64,000 bases of DNA from Selaginella moellendorffii (lineage: Eukaryota > Plantae > Lycopodiophyta), in contig NW_003314270.1 of NCBI RefSeq assembly GCF_000143415.4, positions 915,035 through 979,034 on the forward strand, given 5' to 3'. The notes beneath the pieces were generated by a model that ran no database searches, had not been told where the DNA came from, and saw nothing but the letters and a program-made list of their open reading frames with translations. Position numbers and translations under genes: made by a program. Shown here in pieces: positions 14,401 through 25,636 of the stretch. How positions within the stretch are numbered: position 1 is the first letter of the stretch; every line of letters starts with the position of its first letter.

Positions 14401-14808
14401 CAATACCTTGAAGAGAGCATCAGACCGGCCAAGTAACGAATCAAAGTACCGAATTCCAAGCCAGCCTCCAACTTTGAAAGAGATTTGCAGCAATCGACGC
14501 ATCAAAAGAAGAGGGCGATTCTTGAAAGCTCTCGAGATTTGAACTGGATCATACTCTTTAAACTCGGTCTCGTCGTTGGACACATCAGAAATATAGCCCG
14601 AGTACTTGGAGAACTTATCTTCTTCCCAGCCCGGCTGCAAAGTGTCAAGCTTGGAAGCATTCGTCCACACTCTTCTTCCTATTCACAATCATTGGAAAAG
14701 CTTCCCGCTGTGATATATGATCATACCTCGCTTGAGTCGCATTGGCTTGACGAATCGTTCGTGCCCAAGTGCTTGAAAAGCCGCCATTCCTCCGCTCGCA
14801 AGCGCCAT
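11430..14808 (-). CDS. ABC1/UbiB atypical protein kinase (plastid ABC1K5-like), multi-exon
   Basis: ATG at 14808 (MALASGGMAAF). Motifs PVAAASLGQVY, VAVKVQRPG, GFYHADPHPGNLL, DFGMM and YFSLVIRSLTVLEGIA..DPNYKVL..YPWIARKVLTD. Last exon ends ..VLRSSL* (TAA at 11430-11432). Many short introns. The subfamily call is from memory. Confidence 0.9.
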
Positions 14809-15305
14809 AGCCGAGGACACGCAACTTAGACCACACACGCAAGGTTTCTATTAAATGAAATATTCAAGGAAACTATAGTTAAACTAGAAAGGTGATAGAT
14901 CCTATAAACCGATAAGAATCTAGCAGTAAAAAGACAACGAAATTGATTAACTACGAAGAGACAAAATTGAGGCACTTATAAAAAATAAAAAATGACAAGA
15001 GAAAAGAGAGAGAGAGAAAAACAAAGAAAAAACAAGAAAGTATCTATGAGTTTTTTGAAATTAAAATTAAAATTAAGTCCAAAATAGAAAGTGATTTGCA
15101 AAAATCCACGGGATTTGTTCATTTTGATGTTGGAAAACTTGTTTCTTCTGAGCTTTAAATTTGTCTAAACACAATCCCGAATAAAGCCGGATATTCAAGG
15201 AATTTATCAATTTGTAAAATATTAAATTTGAACCCTTTAAAAATTTCAATTGTCGGGATAAAGGTTAAAAGGTAACTAAAGAATGACAAGCTTTGTGAGA
15301 CTTCG

Positions 15306-18300
15306 TCAAGCTTCCAAGCTCTCACAAACTTGTCCTAGCAAGCTCCTGTTCTTCCCGGCTATGGCTTCCCCTTGTTCCACCAAAACTTCCCCAGCGACAA
15401 TCCTCACAGTTCCACTCCTCCTCTTCACCACCCCCTCGATCCACTGCTCCATCCACCTCTCAAACCTCCGGCTCCCATCCATCTCCTCCCACACAAACCC
15501 CATCATCATCTCCACCACCCTCACGTCCACCTTCACACAAACTCCATAGCTCCCAGCCATCCTCTCCAATCTCTCCATCACAATCTCTCCCGTGGACTCC
15601 ACCTCAAACTCCCGGAAGCAAACCACCTCATCAAAGTGACCACCACCATCTTCACACTCCAAGGAGGAACACCCGAGTCCCAAGTTTAAGTCTAGTCCAG
15701 CCACCTTGCTCCTCCTAGTTCCACTCGGATCGAGCAAGCACGCCAGCTTCTCCCCCCATCTCACTCGCGACTTTCTCTTCTCGCCAACGATGGCAGCTTC
15801 TCCATCGCCAACCAAAACTATCTCCTCCTCGCCACTTTGCTTGAACTGGATTACTGAAACCATGCTGTTCTTCGTTTCTTCCACCTCCATCTCGCTGCCA
15901 GTAGCAGTAACTTCTTGCTCGTCCACCACCACTCGGATCTCCCGCGGCTCAACACCTTCGAGCCTCTCTTCTAGGCCCGATCTCGCCTCCTCGCCCGCGC
16001 TCGTCGCCACCAAAGTCACCGTGTTTCCAAAGCTCACTTCTCTCCCGCTCGAGTGCTGGATCTTCCCTCGCTCGATGCAGCCGAGCACCGCCGCCTTGAC
16101 ACCAGCGTCCGCCTTGTCAAACTCCTCGAGCAAGAACACCGAGAATGGATTGAGCTTCACCGCGTCGGCTATCCTGTCCGTGACAGTCCGACCCCGGCTG
16201 CTCAAGCCATCCTGCTGCTCGGCCTCGGACTCCCACGCACTCTTGCGGCTCCTCCTCCTCCGCGGATTCAAGCTTATCAAAACCAGCCTGCCATCGTTGT
16301 AGAGCTCCGCAAGAGCCTTCGCCATCTTTCTCTTTCCCATCACGTCCGGCCCCGTGAGCAGCAGCCATGCATCGCCTTTCACGTTGGATCCTCGCTTCCG
16401 GTCCCCGGCTCTACACTGGGAAACCGTGGAAGCGATCTTACCAGCAGCGTCACTTTGCCACGGGACTCTCTCGCAGAGTTTCTTGTGTAGGCTCTTGAAA
16501 GACACCGCTGCGTCGATTTCCACACTCCTGATCTTGGACGCGTCTACCGAGCTCTGCTTGCACCCGCTTGTGTCCTGGAGCCTCTCGTGGTGAGACTCGA
16601 GAAGAACGCTCGGTGTGCCAAGCGCTAGTTCAGTCGTGACTTTGGAAGCTTTGGTGATGTTCTTGGCTGGCTTGTCAACCGAGCTGCCGAGTCCGAGAGA
16701 CAAAGCCGGACCGCTTGAGTCCCTCAATTCGGTAACTGTCGAGAGCGATAGCCAGTTGGAGGACGTCGCTTTGGCACTGGCGAGGCCTGGCTTGGTACTC
16801 AAGTCGAGGCCCCTGGAAGCTTGCTGGATCTTCCCGTTTGGACTCGAAGTCTGGCTCGAGGAAGAGTTGCTGTCGATCAAGTTTGGCAACGATGGCAGAC
16901 AGCTCTTGGAATGCATAAGTTGGCAGTATCGGCTCCACTTCTTTCGGAGCTCTCGCGTGAGTTGCGTGGGTTCCTGCGTTTCCAAGAGAAACAGCAAGTT
17001 AGCCAAGAACTTTTCATGGCTAGTTTACGTACCTGTGGTGTGATCGGCTTGGAGGTGATTGTGTGATTGTTTCTCGTCATCCAAAACGGGAGGCCTTCGA
17101 CTCCGGAGCTCGACTGCACAGACTCCGTCTTGGATTGACGCTCCTGGAGCAGCACAAGGCTCTCGTGCTCGAGCTTGGCAGTGCACTCGACGCAGCAGCG
17201 TACATCCTCGAAGTTATGGTGCTCGTCTGGTAGCTTGAACAGCATCTTTGGGAAGCGGGGAAAGGACTGTTCGTGTTTCTCGACGAGTGAAAACCTGCGA
17301 AAAGTTTGTCTCCAATTGTCAGAGTAGTGATCAACCAGCAAAGCTCATGCCAGACAACATTCACGAGAAAAAGCCAAATAAGATAAAAAGAAAAAGAACG
17401 AACTCGAAGGTTGACACACGGAACAGGAAAAATGCCCAATGGAAAACATAAAAAAAATAAAAACAAAAGCACGCAAACACGGAGGAACAGAAAGTTGACA
17501 AATGTAGCACTCAAAAACAATATGAAAAAATTGGTGAAAAAGCAGAAACACATGCCAAATCAAAGCGGAAAAGATATATCCAAGCAAACCATGGCAAAAC
17601 GAAGACGAAGAAAAAAGCTATATCCAATAAAACCATGGCAAAACGAAGAAGAAGAAAAAAGCTATATCCAATAAAACCATGGCAAAACAAAGAAGAAGAC
17701 GCTATGGAAAAACAAAGAAGAACATCCAATAAAACCATGGAAAAACAAAGAAGATGAAGCAGCTATGGAAAACAAAGAAGAAGAAGCTACATCCAATGAA
17801 ACCATGAAGAAGAAGCTATGGAAAATCAAAGAAGAAGAAGCTATATCCAATAAAACCATGGAAAAAGAAGAAGAGGAAGAAGCTATGGAACAACAAAAGA
17901 GAAAAGAAGAAGAAAATGCTATGGCAAATCAAAGAAAGAAGCTATGGCAAAACAAAGAAGATCAAGTAGCTATGGTGGCAAAACATAGAAGAAGCTATGG
18001 AAATCCAAACAAGATGAAGACCATGAAAGAAAAAGCTAGTCTCTATCAAAGAAACGCTAAACTTTACCTTGGACGTATAGATGGAATGGAGTTCGTGGAG
18101 ATGGGCAATGGCTGGAATCCCAGCCCACTCTCCATCGCTGGGTACTGCGCTAGAAACCTCATGTAGCACTGGCTACTCGCGGTAGCGATCAACCAGAGCT
18201 TACTCTCGGCCCTGTCCAGGATCTTCGCGAGATCGCCCATCACCGCATTCGCCATAGCCGACACCTCCACGCACCACGCCAAGCTCCCCAGCACCGCCAC

Positions 18301-19176
18301 CACTCGCCCACACTCCTCCACCGCCGCCGAGATCTCCACCAGCGAGCGCTGCGTCGCGTCCTTGGAGAACCCAAATCCGCGCTCCACGAACAGGATCCTC
18401 GCGTCGCGCAGCTCGCGATCGCCCTCGATCCGCGAGACGAGCTCCTTGAGCACCGAATTCGCGGCTCCATCGTCGCCCAGGAGCACTGGATTGCGCTTGC
18501 GCCGCCTGGAGAGCGTGGCGATGGCGGCGTCGGCCTCCCTGGAGCTGGAGCTGGGCTTCTCGATCGAGCACGGCCCAAGGCCAGTACGGAAGGTCTCGCC
18601 AATTTCGGCCAGGGGTGGTACGGGCTGGTGGCGATGGAGCGCCGCCTCGAGGCTGTTCTTCGCGCGGGTGCTCGAGAATCCGGCCTCGCGCATCACCCGG
18701 CTCACGCTCGGATCGTCTAGAATCGAGATGACGAGCTGCTCCATCTCCACTTTCACGGCTAGCAGCGGCACTTGCTGCTGCTCGGGGCATCCGCGGCGCT
18801 GGTGCGCTTGCGCGCGCTTGAGCGCCGCCACCAGCGCGTTGGACAGCGTCGCGATCGATTGTCCGCCGCTGGAGGAGAGATTGCCGCTGTCCGCCGAGGA
18901 GGAATTCTGGGCGTTGGCCGCGGGCAATCGCTCCAGCGCGACATTGAAGCACAGCTCCAGCGCGCGGCAATGCAGTGGATGCGGCGCCTGGCGGTGCGAT
19001 TGGATGCAAGCGTGCTGGAGCATCCCGGCCGGGGACGCGATGAGGCTGGCCGCGACGTGGAGTGGAGTGACCTGGGAGTGCCCGCGGCGCTGGGCATCAC
19101 CGATCGCGCGCTTGAGCACCGCCGCTGCGTCGGATGTGAGCGTCTGCTGCACCGTCGCGATCCCAGCTCCTCTCAT
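15306..19176 (-). CDS. SMXL: SMAX1-like (SMXL) Clp-N/ATPase-like repressor of karrikin/strigolactone signalling, about 1012 aa, 3 exons
   Basis: Exons 19176-18068, 17294-17033 and 16973-15306 join in frame with GT-AG introns. N-terminus MRGAG..VQQTLT..AA.VL..A...AQRRGHSQVTPLHVA and LSNALVAALKRAQAHQRRG. D2 P-loop GPDVMGKR, degron-like RGRT and EAR motif LDLNL. Confidence 0.96.
17560..18050. repeat. Degenerate ~40-45 bp minisatellite with GAA tracts in SMXL intron 1
   Basis: Repeated unit gctatatccaataaaaccatggcaaaacgaagaagaagaaaaaa and variants. Confidence 0.9.
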
Positions 19177-19215
19177 ATCTCCTCCCCGAGATCGAATTCC
19201 TCCCTCCCTCGACTC

Positions 19216-19248
<33 letters not shown>

Positions 19249-19251
19249 TCT
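19216..19251. repeat. (CT)n/(GA)n microsatellite in the SMXL 5' leader
   Basis: Long ct run about 40-75 nt upstream of the SMXL ATG. Confidence 0.9.
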
Positions 19252-22188
19252 CTTGTTCTTGCAAGAACAGCTAACTATTCAAATCGACGGTTCATGCGCT
19301 GCGATCGCTCGCCTTTCCAATTCTCTGCGATCCACGCCTTTTCTAGCGCAGCAATCCAGCGGTCTTCCGGCTCGACGCTACTTTTCTTCGCGCGCGACGC
19401 TTGGCGCGCCATAGGAAACCATCGACATCTTCGTCCCGGGCGCCAAGTGGAATCCCTGACTCCAATGCGCGCCCAAAGCCCGCCTGACGCTATCGATCCC
19501 TTGTGTGCTCGCGCGCTCACGATCTAGCGCTGTGGCGTCTGGCCAATTTCTAGAGATCCATCGCTAGAGCAACAGGACAAACGCGGCATCATCATCGCAA
19601 GCTCCGGCCTCTTCTTTCAGCGCGAATTGCAGCATCATCTACTCCAGCTAGCGGCCGCTGCCAAGGATTCTACGCCCCAGCCGCGCGCATTGACAATCCC
19701 GAAATTCCCCTTTTTCCCCTCGCTCTCACTCACTCGCGCGCTTGGCAAGAGAACAAAACACTCTTTGAGAGATCACGAAAATTCAAGGGAGCCATGGGGC
19801 CGGCCGTACCCCTTCTTTCCCCCTTTCGTACCGGTCAACAGTCGAGCGCTGGGAGTTCCGCCCCGGAATGTCCGAATCGATGGACGACAAGGGCCGCGGG
19901 GCTTCGGAATGATCCAACGGAGGGCCACCGCGGACCACAGCCCTCTTTGACTGGACCTTTCGCTTTCTTTTTCCCCCCCCAGTTGGACGGTCCAGGAGGC
20001 GCCACCTGGACGGCTGCCAAGCGTCGCCCTCCAGCTATAACTTCTCCTCGCGAGAAGGCTTTTTGGTTCTCCTCATTCTTTCTGGCTGTCGGTGTGTTGG
20101 GCTGTTTTTTTCGCACTTCCCTTCCTTTTTTCGTTTGGCCGAGCAAATAATGCCCTAAAGGTAGCTCCATCATTGTAAAAAGTCCTGCCAATTATCAAAT
20201 CAAATTATTACGCTAAATCCGCTTTGTGAATTTAACGAAAAACAAGCTCCGCCCTCGTGAAATACACCCAATGCGTTATTAAAGCATATAAATGATTGTT
20301 TTTATTCGAAAAGAAGCCAAGGCTTTTGTAAAAGGTGGTGGGGCTTCTTTCCCTTTCACTTTCCTCTGAAAGCCCTTTTACCTTTACCCAATGCTTTGAC
20401 ACGTCGGCCGGGGTGTGCGCCAGAGTGGCCGCCACGCGGCCACTGACGTGGCAGGGCATATTCTCTGGCGACAAAAAATAAACTTTTAGGTCAGGCTTGT
20501 CCCTCTCGCTTGTAGTGTTTTGCAGGAAGGTGGGTTCATCATGGCACCATTCAACCTCAACCTCAACACTGGGCCAAAGGCTGCAACCACGTCCCTCTCC
20601 CGGCTTTTTCCACAAAGAGAGAAAAAAGGAATTTTTCGAGAGACGCGCAGAAAGAAAATTTTAATAAAAAAGGTTTCACACTGACCAAAGAGATAGAAAA
20701 GCCTGCCATGAAAATGTGTTGTTAGATCTTGTTTCTGTGCTGTTCAAGGCTGTATTGGATTGCGCCCTGTTCTCGCTCTGTTGCATTGCACACGTTGAGT
20801 GTAGCCAAAGATCATCCAGGGAAATAGACCTCCTGGAATTATTTTATTTCTAGAAATAATTTCTGGGAATTAGTAAAGTATGGCTGGCGAGATCTATCTC
20901 GCCCTCAAAACTCCGAATACTGTCACCGTGCCTGCTTGGAAAGCAAAGTTTTATCATATATGCGATCACTTGCTATTTCTATAAAGTTTTCACATTATTA
21001 CTTGGTTTCTCTATTATTGCGCTCTGGTCTGTGGATTTCATCATGAGGGCTCAGGACAATTCTACGTTTTTCTAAGTGTTTTTGAGTATTTCTACATAAG
21101 ATATACGTAAAATATATTGGTATAGTATCTAACAGGGCTGATTCCCTCCTGGCGCACCAGAGCCGTCTAAACAAACAAATGCAGACAGTGCACCGTCGAT
21201 TCGGCTCCCGCCCAAAAGTTCCAACAGAGAACTTTTGAGTATTAAGTTGCAAGGAAGAAGATTCCGGCATATCCGCCCCATTTGTTGTCTCTTCTTCCTC
21301 TCTCCATGCAGCCTTTTGGTGCGCGAATGAGACCTGTGTGATAGCTCAAAGGCCCTTTCTTTTTTTTTTCCTCTCAAAGTGCGCTGGCATTGCGATAGGG
21401 AGATTGATATTTTCTCCACGACACCTTTTTGATAGATGTATTTGGCTATGGTTAGAAAAGAGTTTGATTTTTCTAGAGTCAAGGTCGAGACGAATCTAGA
21501 TCGAGCACAATAAACGCCTTGGAGAGAATTCGAATGGAAAGACTACACGGAGAAAGGTGGCGAGAGAAAGGTGGTGGCCAGGTGTGGTCCACAAGTCACA
21601 AGCGGCCACCAGACCGCGTGTCCTTGTGTACGTCCGTGGCCGCAATTTTCAAAGCCTTTGAAAAGCTTCCAAATCGGCCGAGATGAATGCCCCGCGCCCC
21701 TTTCTTTTCTCGGCGCAAAAGCAGCGAATCTTTGGGCCTTGAAATCGATCGATCCACGGAGATTCCCTGCTTTTGGTGTTTTTTTGTATTATAGACCAGC
21801 CTTTTAGCTTTGCAGTGCAAGAAAGAAAATAAATTCATATATTTTTTCTTCTCTAGAAAACAAGAGGAGAAAAGGCGTTTCCACACAAAACACTATAATT
21901 CGAGAGATGCTATTGCCACTGAGATCTGGACAAGAAAGCTGTGGAGAAAACCTTTTGAAACAAAGGTACCCTGGGACTGGAAAAAAGGATTTGACGTTTA
22001 AAGGGCTACAATGGAATGCATTGGAATACGTACTTCTATCAAGATTCGCCTTTAAAGTCCTAAAGGTGGTGCCTCAATGGAAGGATATGGATTGCCCTAA
22101 AATCTAGTGACCTAAAATCACCAAGCCCTAGAACGCAGGCGATGCGCGCTAGAATGTGGAGGTAGGGCTCGATCGATCGCGGTCTCGC

Positions 22189-24000
22189 ATGGATCTAGGT
22201 ATGGACGCTCACCGGAGCAGCAGCGCCGTGGCCGGCGCCAGCGGCGCCAGCAGCTATGGCGCGCAATTCCTCTTCAACCTCAATCTCTTCCCGCGATCGC
22301 TGTCGACCGTGCTCGAGGTCTCCGGATTGATCCCTGGCAGGTCTCACTCCTCCTCGCAGCTGGATTCCGGGAGCTTAGTCCGCAGTAGTGGTAGCAGCGA
22401 TAGATTAGTCGGCGGTGGGGGTGGTGGTGGCAGCGGCGAGGTAGCGATTAGAATTATCGGCGAGGACGAGGAGATTAGAATAGCGCCGAGCTCTTCCTCT
22501 TCTTCTTCCTCTTCTAGAGGATTGAGTGGAGAGAATGGCTCGAGTACTTCGTTAGTGATAGGTGGTGGTGATGAGGAGCTGGGTGGTTCTCCACGATTCA
22601 ACGTTGGTGGAGAGGTTGCCGGTGGTGATCCTAGTTCCAGGGAGGCGCCCGCTGCGACGACTACCACTACGCAAAGATATGACTTCCAGCCACTTGCGAG
22701 ATGGTTGGAAAACGTATTGCCTTTTACGGTCCTTTTGCTCTTCGTTTTCATTCGTCAACATCTGGAAGGTATAGCGGTCACGGTTGGTCTCACTGCCGTG
22801 ATGATCAGAGCGAATGTTGTTCTTCGCAGGCAAACAGCACTGAAGGTACAAGAGATTGATATCTTGCCTCGCAATCGGAGCCTAATGGCTTTTCATTTTC
22901 GTTTTTCTTCTTTGTTGCACAGGGTGAACGGAAGAAACTTATGACAGCGGCTGTGGGCATCGTGTTGGTATGTCATATAGTTCTAGTGTATTCGTGGTAT
23001 ACCAGCGAGGCCATTTGGAAGCCATTGCTGCTGCTTCCGCCGCGGAAGATTCCAAAGTTTTGGGAGGCCATTTTCACAATCGTGGTGAATGGTATGTTTC
23101 GAGCTGGCTTAGATTTCTTTCTTTTCTCACTGTCATCCCTCCGCTCGCAGATGTAATGGTGCGGCAGGCGGGAATGGCTGTCAAGTGCGTGCTTCTTTTG
23201 ACATGTAAGAGCACCAGGGGGCGTCATTTTCGCAAACAGGTTGGATAGCTATCCCACTTCCATGCAGCTTTTTTTTATTTTCGACCTTTTCTAATCTCAA
23301 GGTCTGTCAATTCTTCCAGGGCCAACTCCTAACAGCGGTGGAGTATCTTTTGCTCCTGGTCCGAGCTTTGATACCCGGACCAGTTTGGTACCGGTTCTTT
23401 CTCAACAAAGAGTACGGCAACGTGTTCTCCTCGCTGACAACGGGTCTATACCTCACTTTCAAGTTAACTTCAGTGTTCTCGAAGGTAAAATGACTTGAGA
23501 TTTGGGATTGTCTCTTTCTTTGGCTGAAGGCTCGTGCGTGGTTCCAGGTACGAGAGTTTATCGGGGCAGTGGGTCTTGTCACTCGTTGCGAAGTACAATA
23601 CGGGAGCGCTGCCAGTTCGGATGAGGTTTGTCGTTTGTATCTTCTACGAACGAAACTCTGGAAAAGGCCTTCACGCGTGGTATCTTTTTTGTTTTCTTTC
23701 ATCGGCAGGTCCTTGCAGCCGGGGACATGTGTGCGATTTGCCAGGAGAAGATGCATTCCCCGATATCTCTCCGGTGCAAGCATATATTTTGCGAGGACTG
23801 CGTTTCGGAATGGTAAGGGCTAGGCTTTTGTTTTTTTCTTGCTCGTTTGAATCGTTATGTGACAGAACTGAGGCTCTTTTGTTTGATGTTACAGGTTTGA
23901 AAGAGAGAGAACTTGCCCCCTGTGCCGAGCAGTGGTCAAGTCCGCAAACTTTCGATCATTCGCGGATGGCAGAACCAGCCTCCTCCCTCAAATTTTCTAA
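22189..24000 (+). CDS. RING finger and transmembrane domain protein (RNFT1/2-like E3 ligase), multi-exon
   Basis: Ser/Gly-rich N-terminus. TM region [30 protein letters not shown]3HC4 [32 protein letters not shown]|[11 protein letters not shown]. End ..[11 protein letters not shown] (TAA at 23998-24000). Confidence 0.93.
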
Positions 24001-24094
24001 CGTATGTAAATATCAAATCATATTTTCTAATCGTGCACGCTACTGTCGTTCGTGGCAGCGAATCCAAAACTCTGATTGGGGGCTTTGGCACGAA

Positions 24095-24942
24095 TCAAAC
24101 GAGCTTTAGCATTGAGACTGGGATCAAACACAAGCCTTGCTCTTGTAAATTGCATCGCCACTTGGACTCGAATATCTGCGAGACGAGTGGACAAATCTCT
24201 AGCGGAGGTTTGCAATTGATTTGTTTACCTGGATTTTCCTCTGCAAAAAGTGTACGTATTCGATCGCTTTGTCCAACATTTCTTCGTTGTGAAACTAAAC
24301 AAGAGAGAGATTTTTTGGCTATGAGATTTTTTTTGATCTCGCCTACCTTGTTTCCGTCTGGTATCAATCGCCGAAGAACACGGAGTTGCCTTTCAATGGC
24401 CTCGAAAGCTCCTTAAAATTTTTTGAGACACAAAAAAAATGAAAGAAATGGAAGTGAGGACGAAAATAGATAAAACAATGGTTCTTCCATCTTGAAACCA
24501 CAAAGGAATAACTTACATTGTCAATCTCTGATTCGTTGTCTTCGTTAAATAATGACTTGAGTATGTTCTCTCCAGCCTGTGATGAAGCAAATAAATGCCA
24601 GAAAAACGAGGAAAAAAAAAAGCAACTTGCTCTTACTTGTTCTTGCGATCGATGATCCGTGAGTGGCCCCGAGGAGGCGTCCGAAAGCACCGAGAGCGTG
24701 GAATCCTGGCGAGCGAGCGATCTCTTTTGCGGCCTTCGAGCTTGTGGTTCTTGGACTCGAGGAGACAATGACAATGGCTGCTGATCCAAGTAAGTCGTCC
24801 ACCCCGACTCCTCCGCCTCCTCGCCGCCATTGCTCCGCTCCTCCTCCGCCGCCACCACCACCACCGAGCCTCTGGATTGCTCCTCCACCACCGTGCTCTG
24901 CAAAGATTCGCGCGATTCCATCCTCCGCCGCTTGCATCCCAT
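24095..24942 (-). CDS. SOFL/VUP-motif protein followed by an atypical (non-basic) helix-loop-helix domain and a GLCLxP tail
   Basis: ATG at 24942. Exon 1 has EESGWTTYL and SVLSDASSGP. Downstream exons ~24411-24347, 24294-24229 and 24175-24095 read AFEAIERQLRVLRRLIPDGNK|FHNEEMLDKAIEYVHFLQRKIQ|IFESKWRCNLQEQGLCLIPVSMLKLV*. The phase of the intron 2 junction is ambiguous. Confidence 0.75.
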
Positions 24943-25636
24943 GGGAATTGGAGAGGAAGTGGAGTGGAATGGAGAGAGAGATAACGTTCTCTCCAAAAAG
25001 AGGAGAGAAAAAGAGAGAAGAGAATGGAAATATGATACGAAGATATCAGCCAAATGTGGAGCTGCCCTCGCAGCACCTTTACAGTGGGTTTCTAGTGTCA
25101 CACTGACGGCGGGGTAAAAGTAGAAAAGTAGAAAACAAAAATCTCGTTGGTAAAATATCAATGGCGGTAATACGGTCGTTGTTTTTACCACTGGTTACCT
25201 TGTCGGTAGAAGTTGCAGTTGGAGGGGAGGGGCTTGTCGGGAAGAGACATTGATTCTTCCGTCACTGCTCCCCAGAAAGAGGCAGGTCGCGCATAGCGCG
25301 CGTTTCTCATTGGCCGGCCGGAAGTACAAACAAAGGCTTGTTTGGCGCCTCATGGCCGCCCATCCCACCGTACGGACGGGTGTGGTCCACCCGCCAGGCA
25401 TGGCCGTTTATGACACGAGAACCGTACGGAAAATTTGTTGATAGGGGGAAAAAAAAATTTCTATGATACATCGCGCTGTACACAAAAACAAGGGAAAATG
25501 GGGAGAGCAAAAAAAAAAACCAAAAAGAACGAGGCCGAGTTACTTACACTCCTTTCTTCGATCGTTCTTTCCTTTTTTTCCTAGTTTTTGTTCTTCCTCC
25601 TCTTTTTTTCTTTTTGGTTTCTTCACGCGTGTTTGT

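Noticed and set aside
17765-18166. 133-aa Lys/Glu-rich ORF and opposite-strand Phe-rich ORFs
   Set aside because: Translation artefacts of the intronic GAA minisatellite.
18200-19527. Long overlapping ORFs (269, 350 and 251 aa) over SMXL exon 1
   Set aside because: Shadow frames of GC-rich coding sequence with few stops and no motifs.
20800-20822. tagccaaagat resembling the 5' end of miR169
   Set aside because: The match ends after about 11 nt and no complementary arm was found.
24943-25191. N-terminal extension of the 275-aa ORF from the ORF track
   Set aside because: Non-ATG start and CT-rich leader-like sequence. The ATG at 24942 is the more plausible start.
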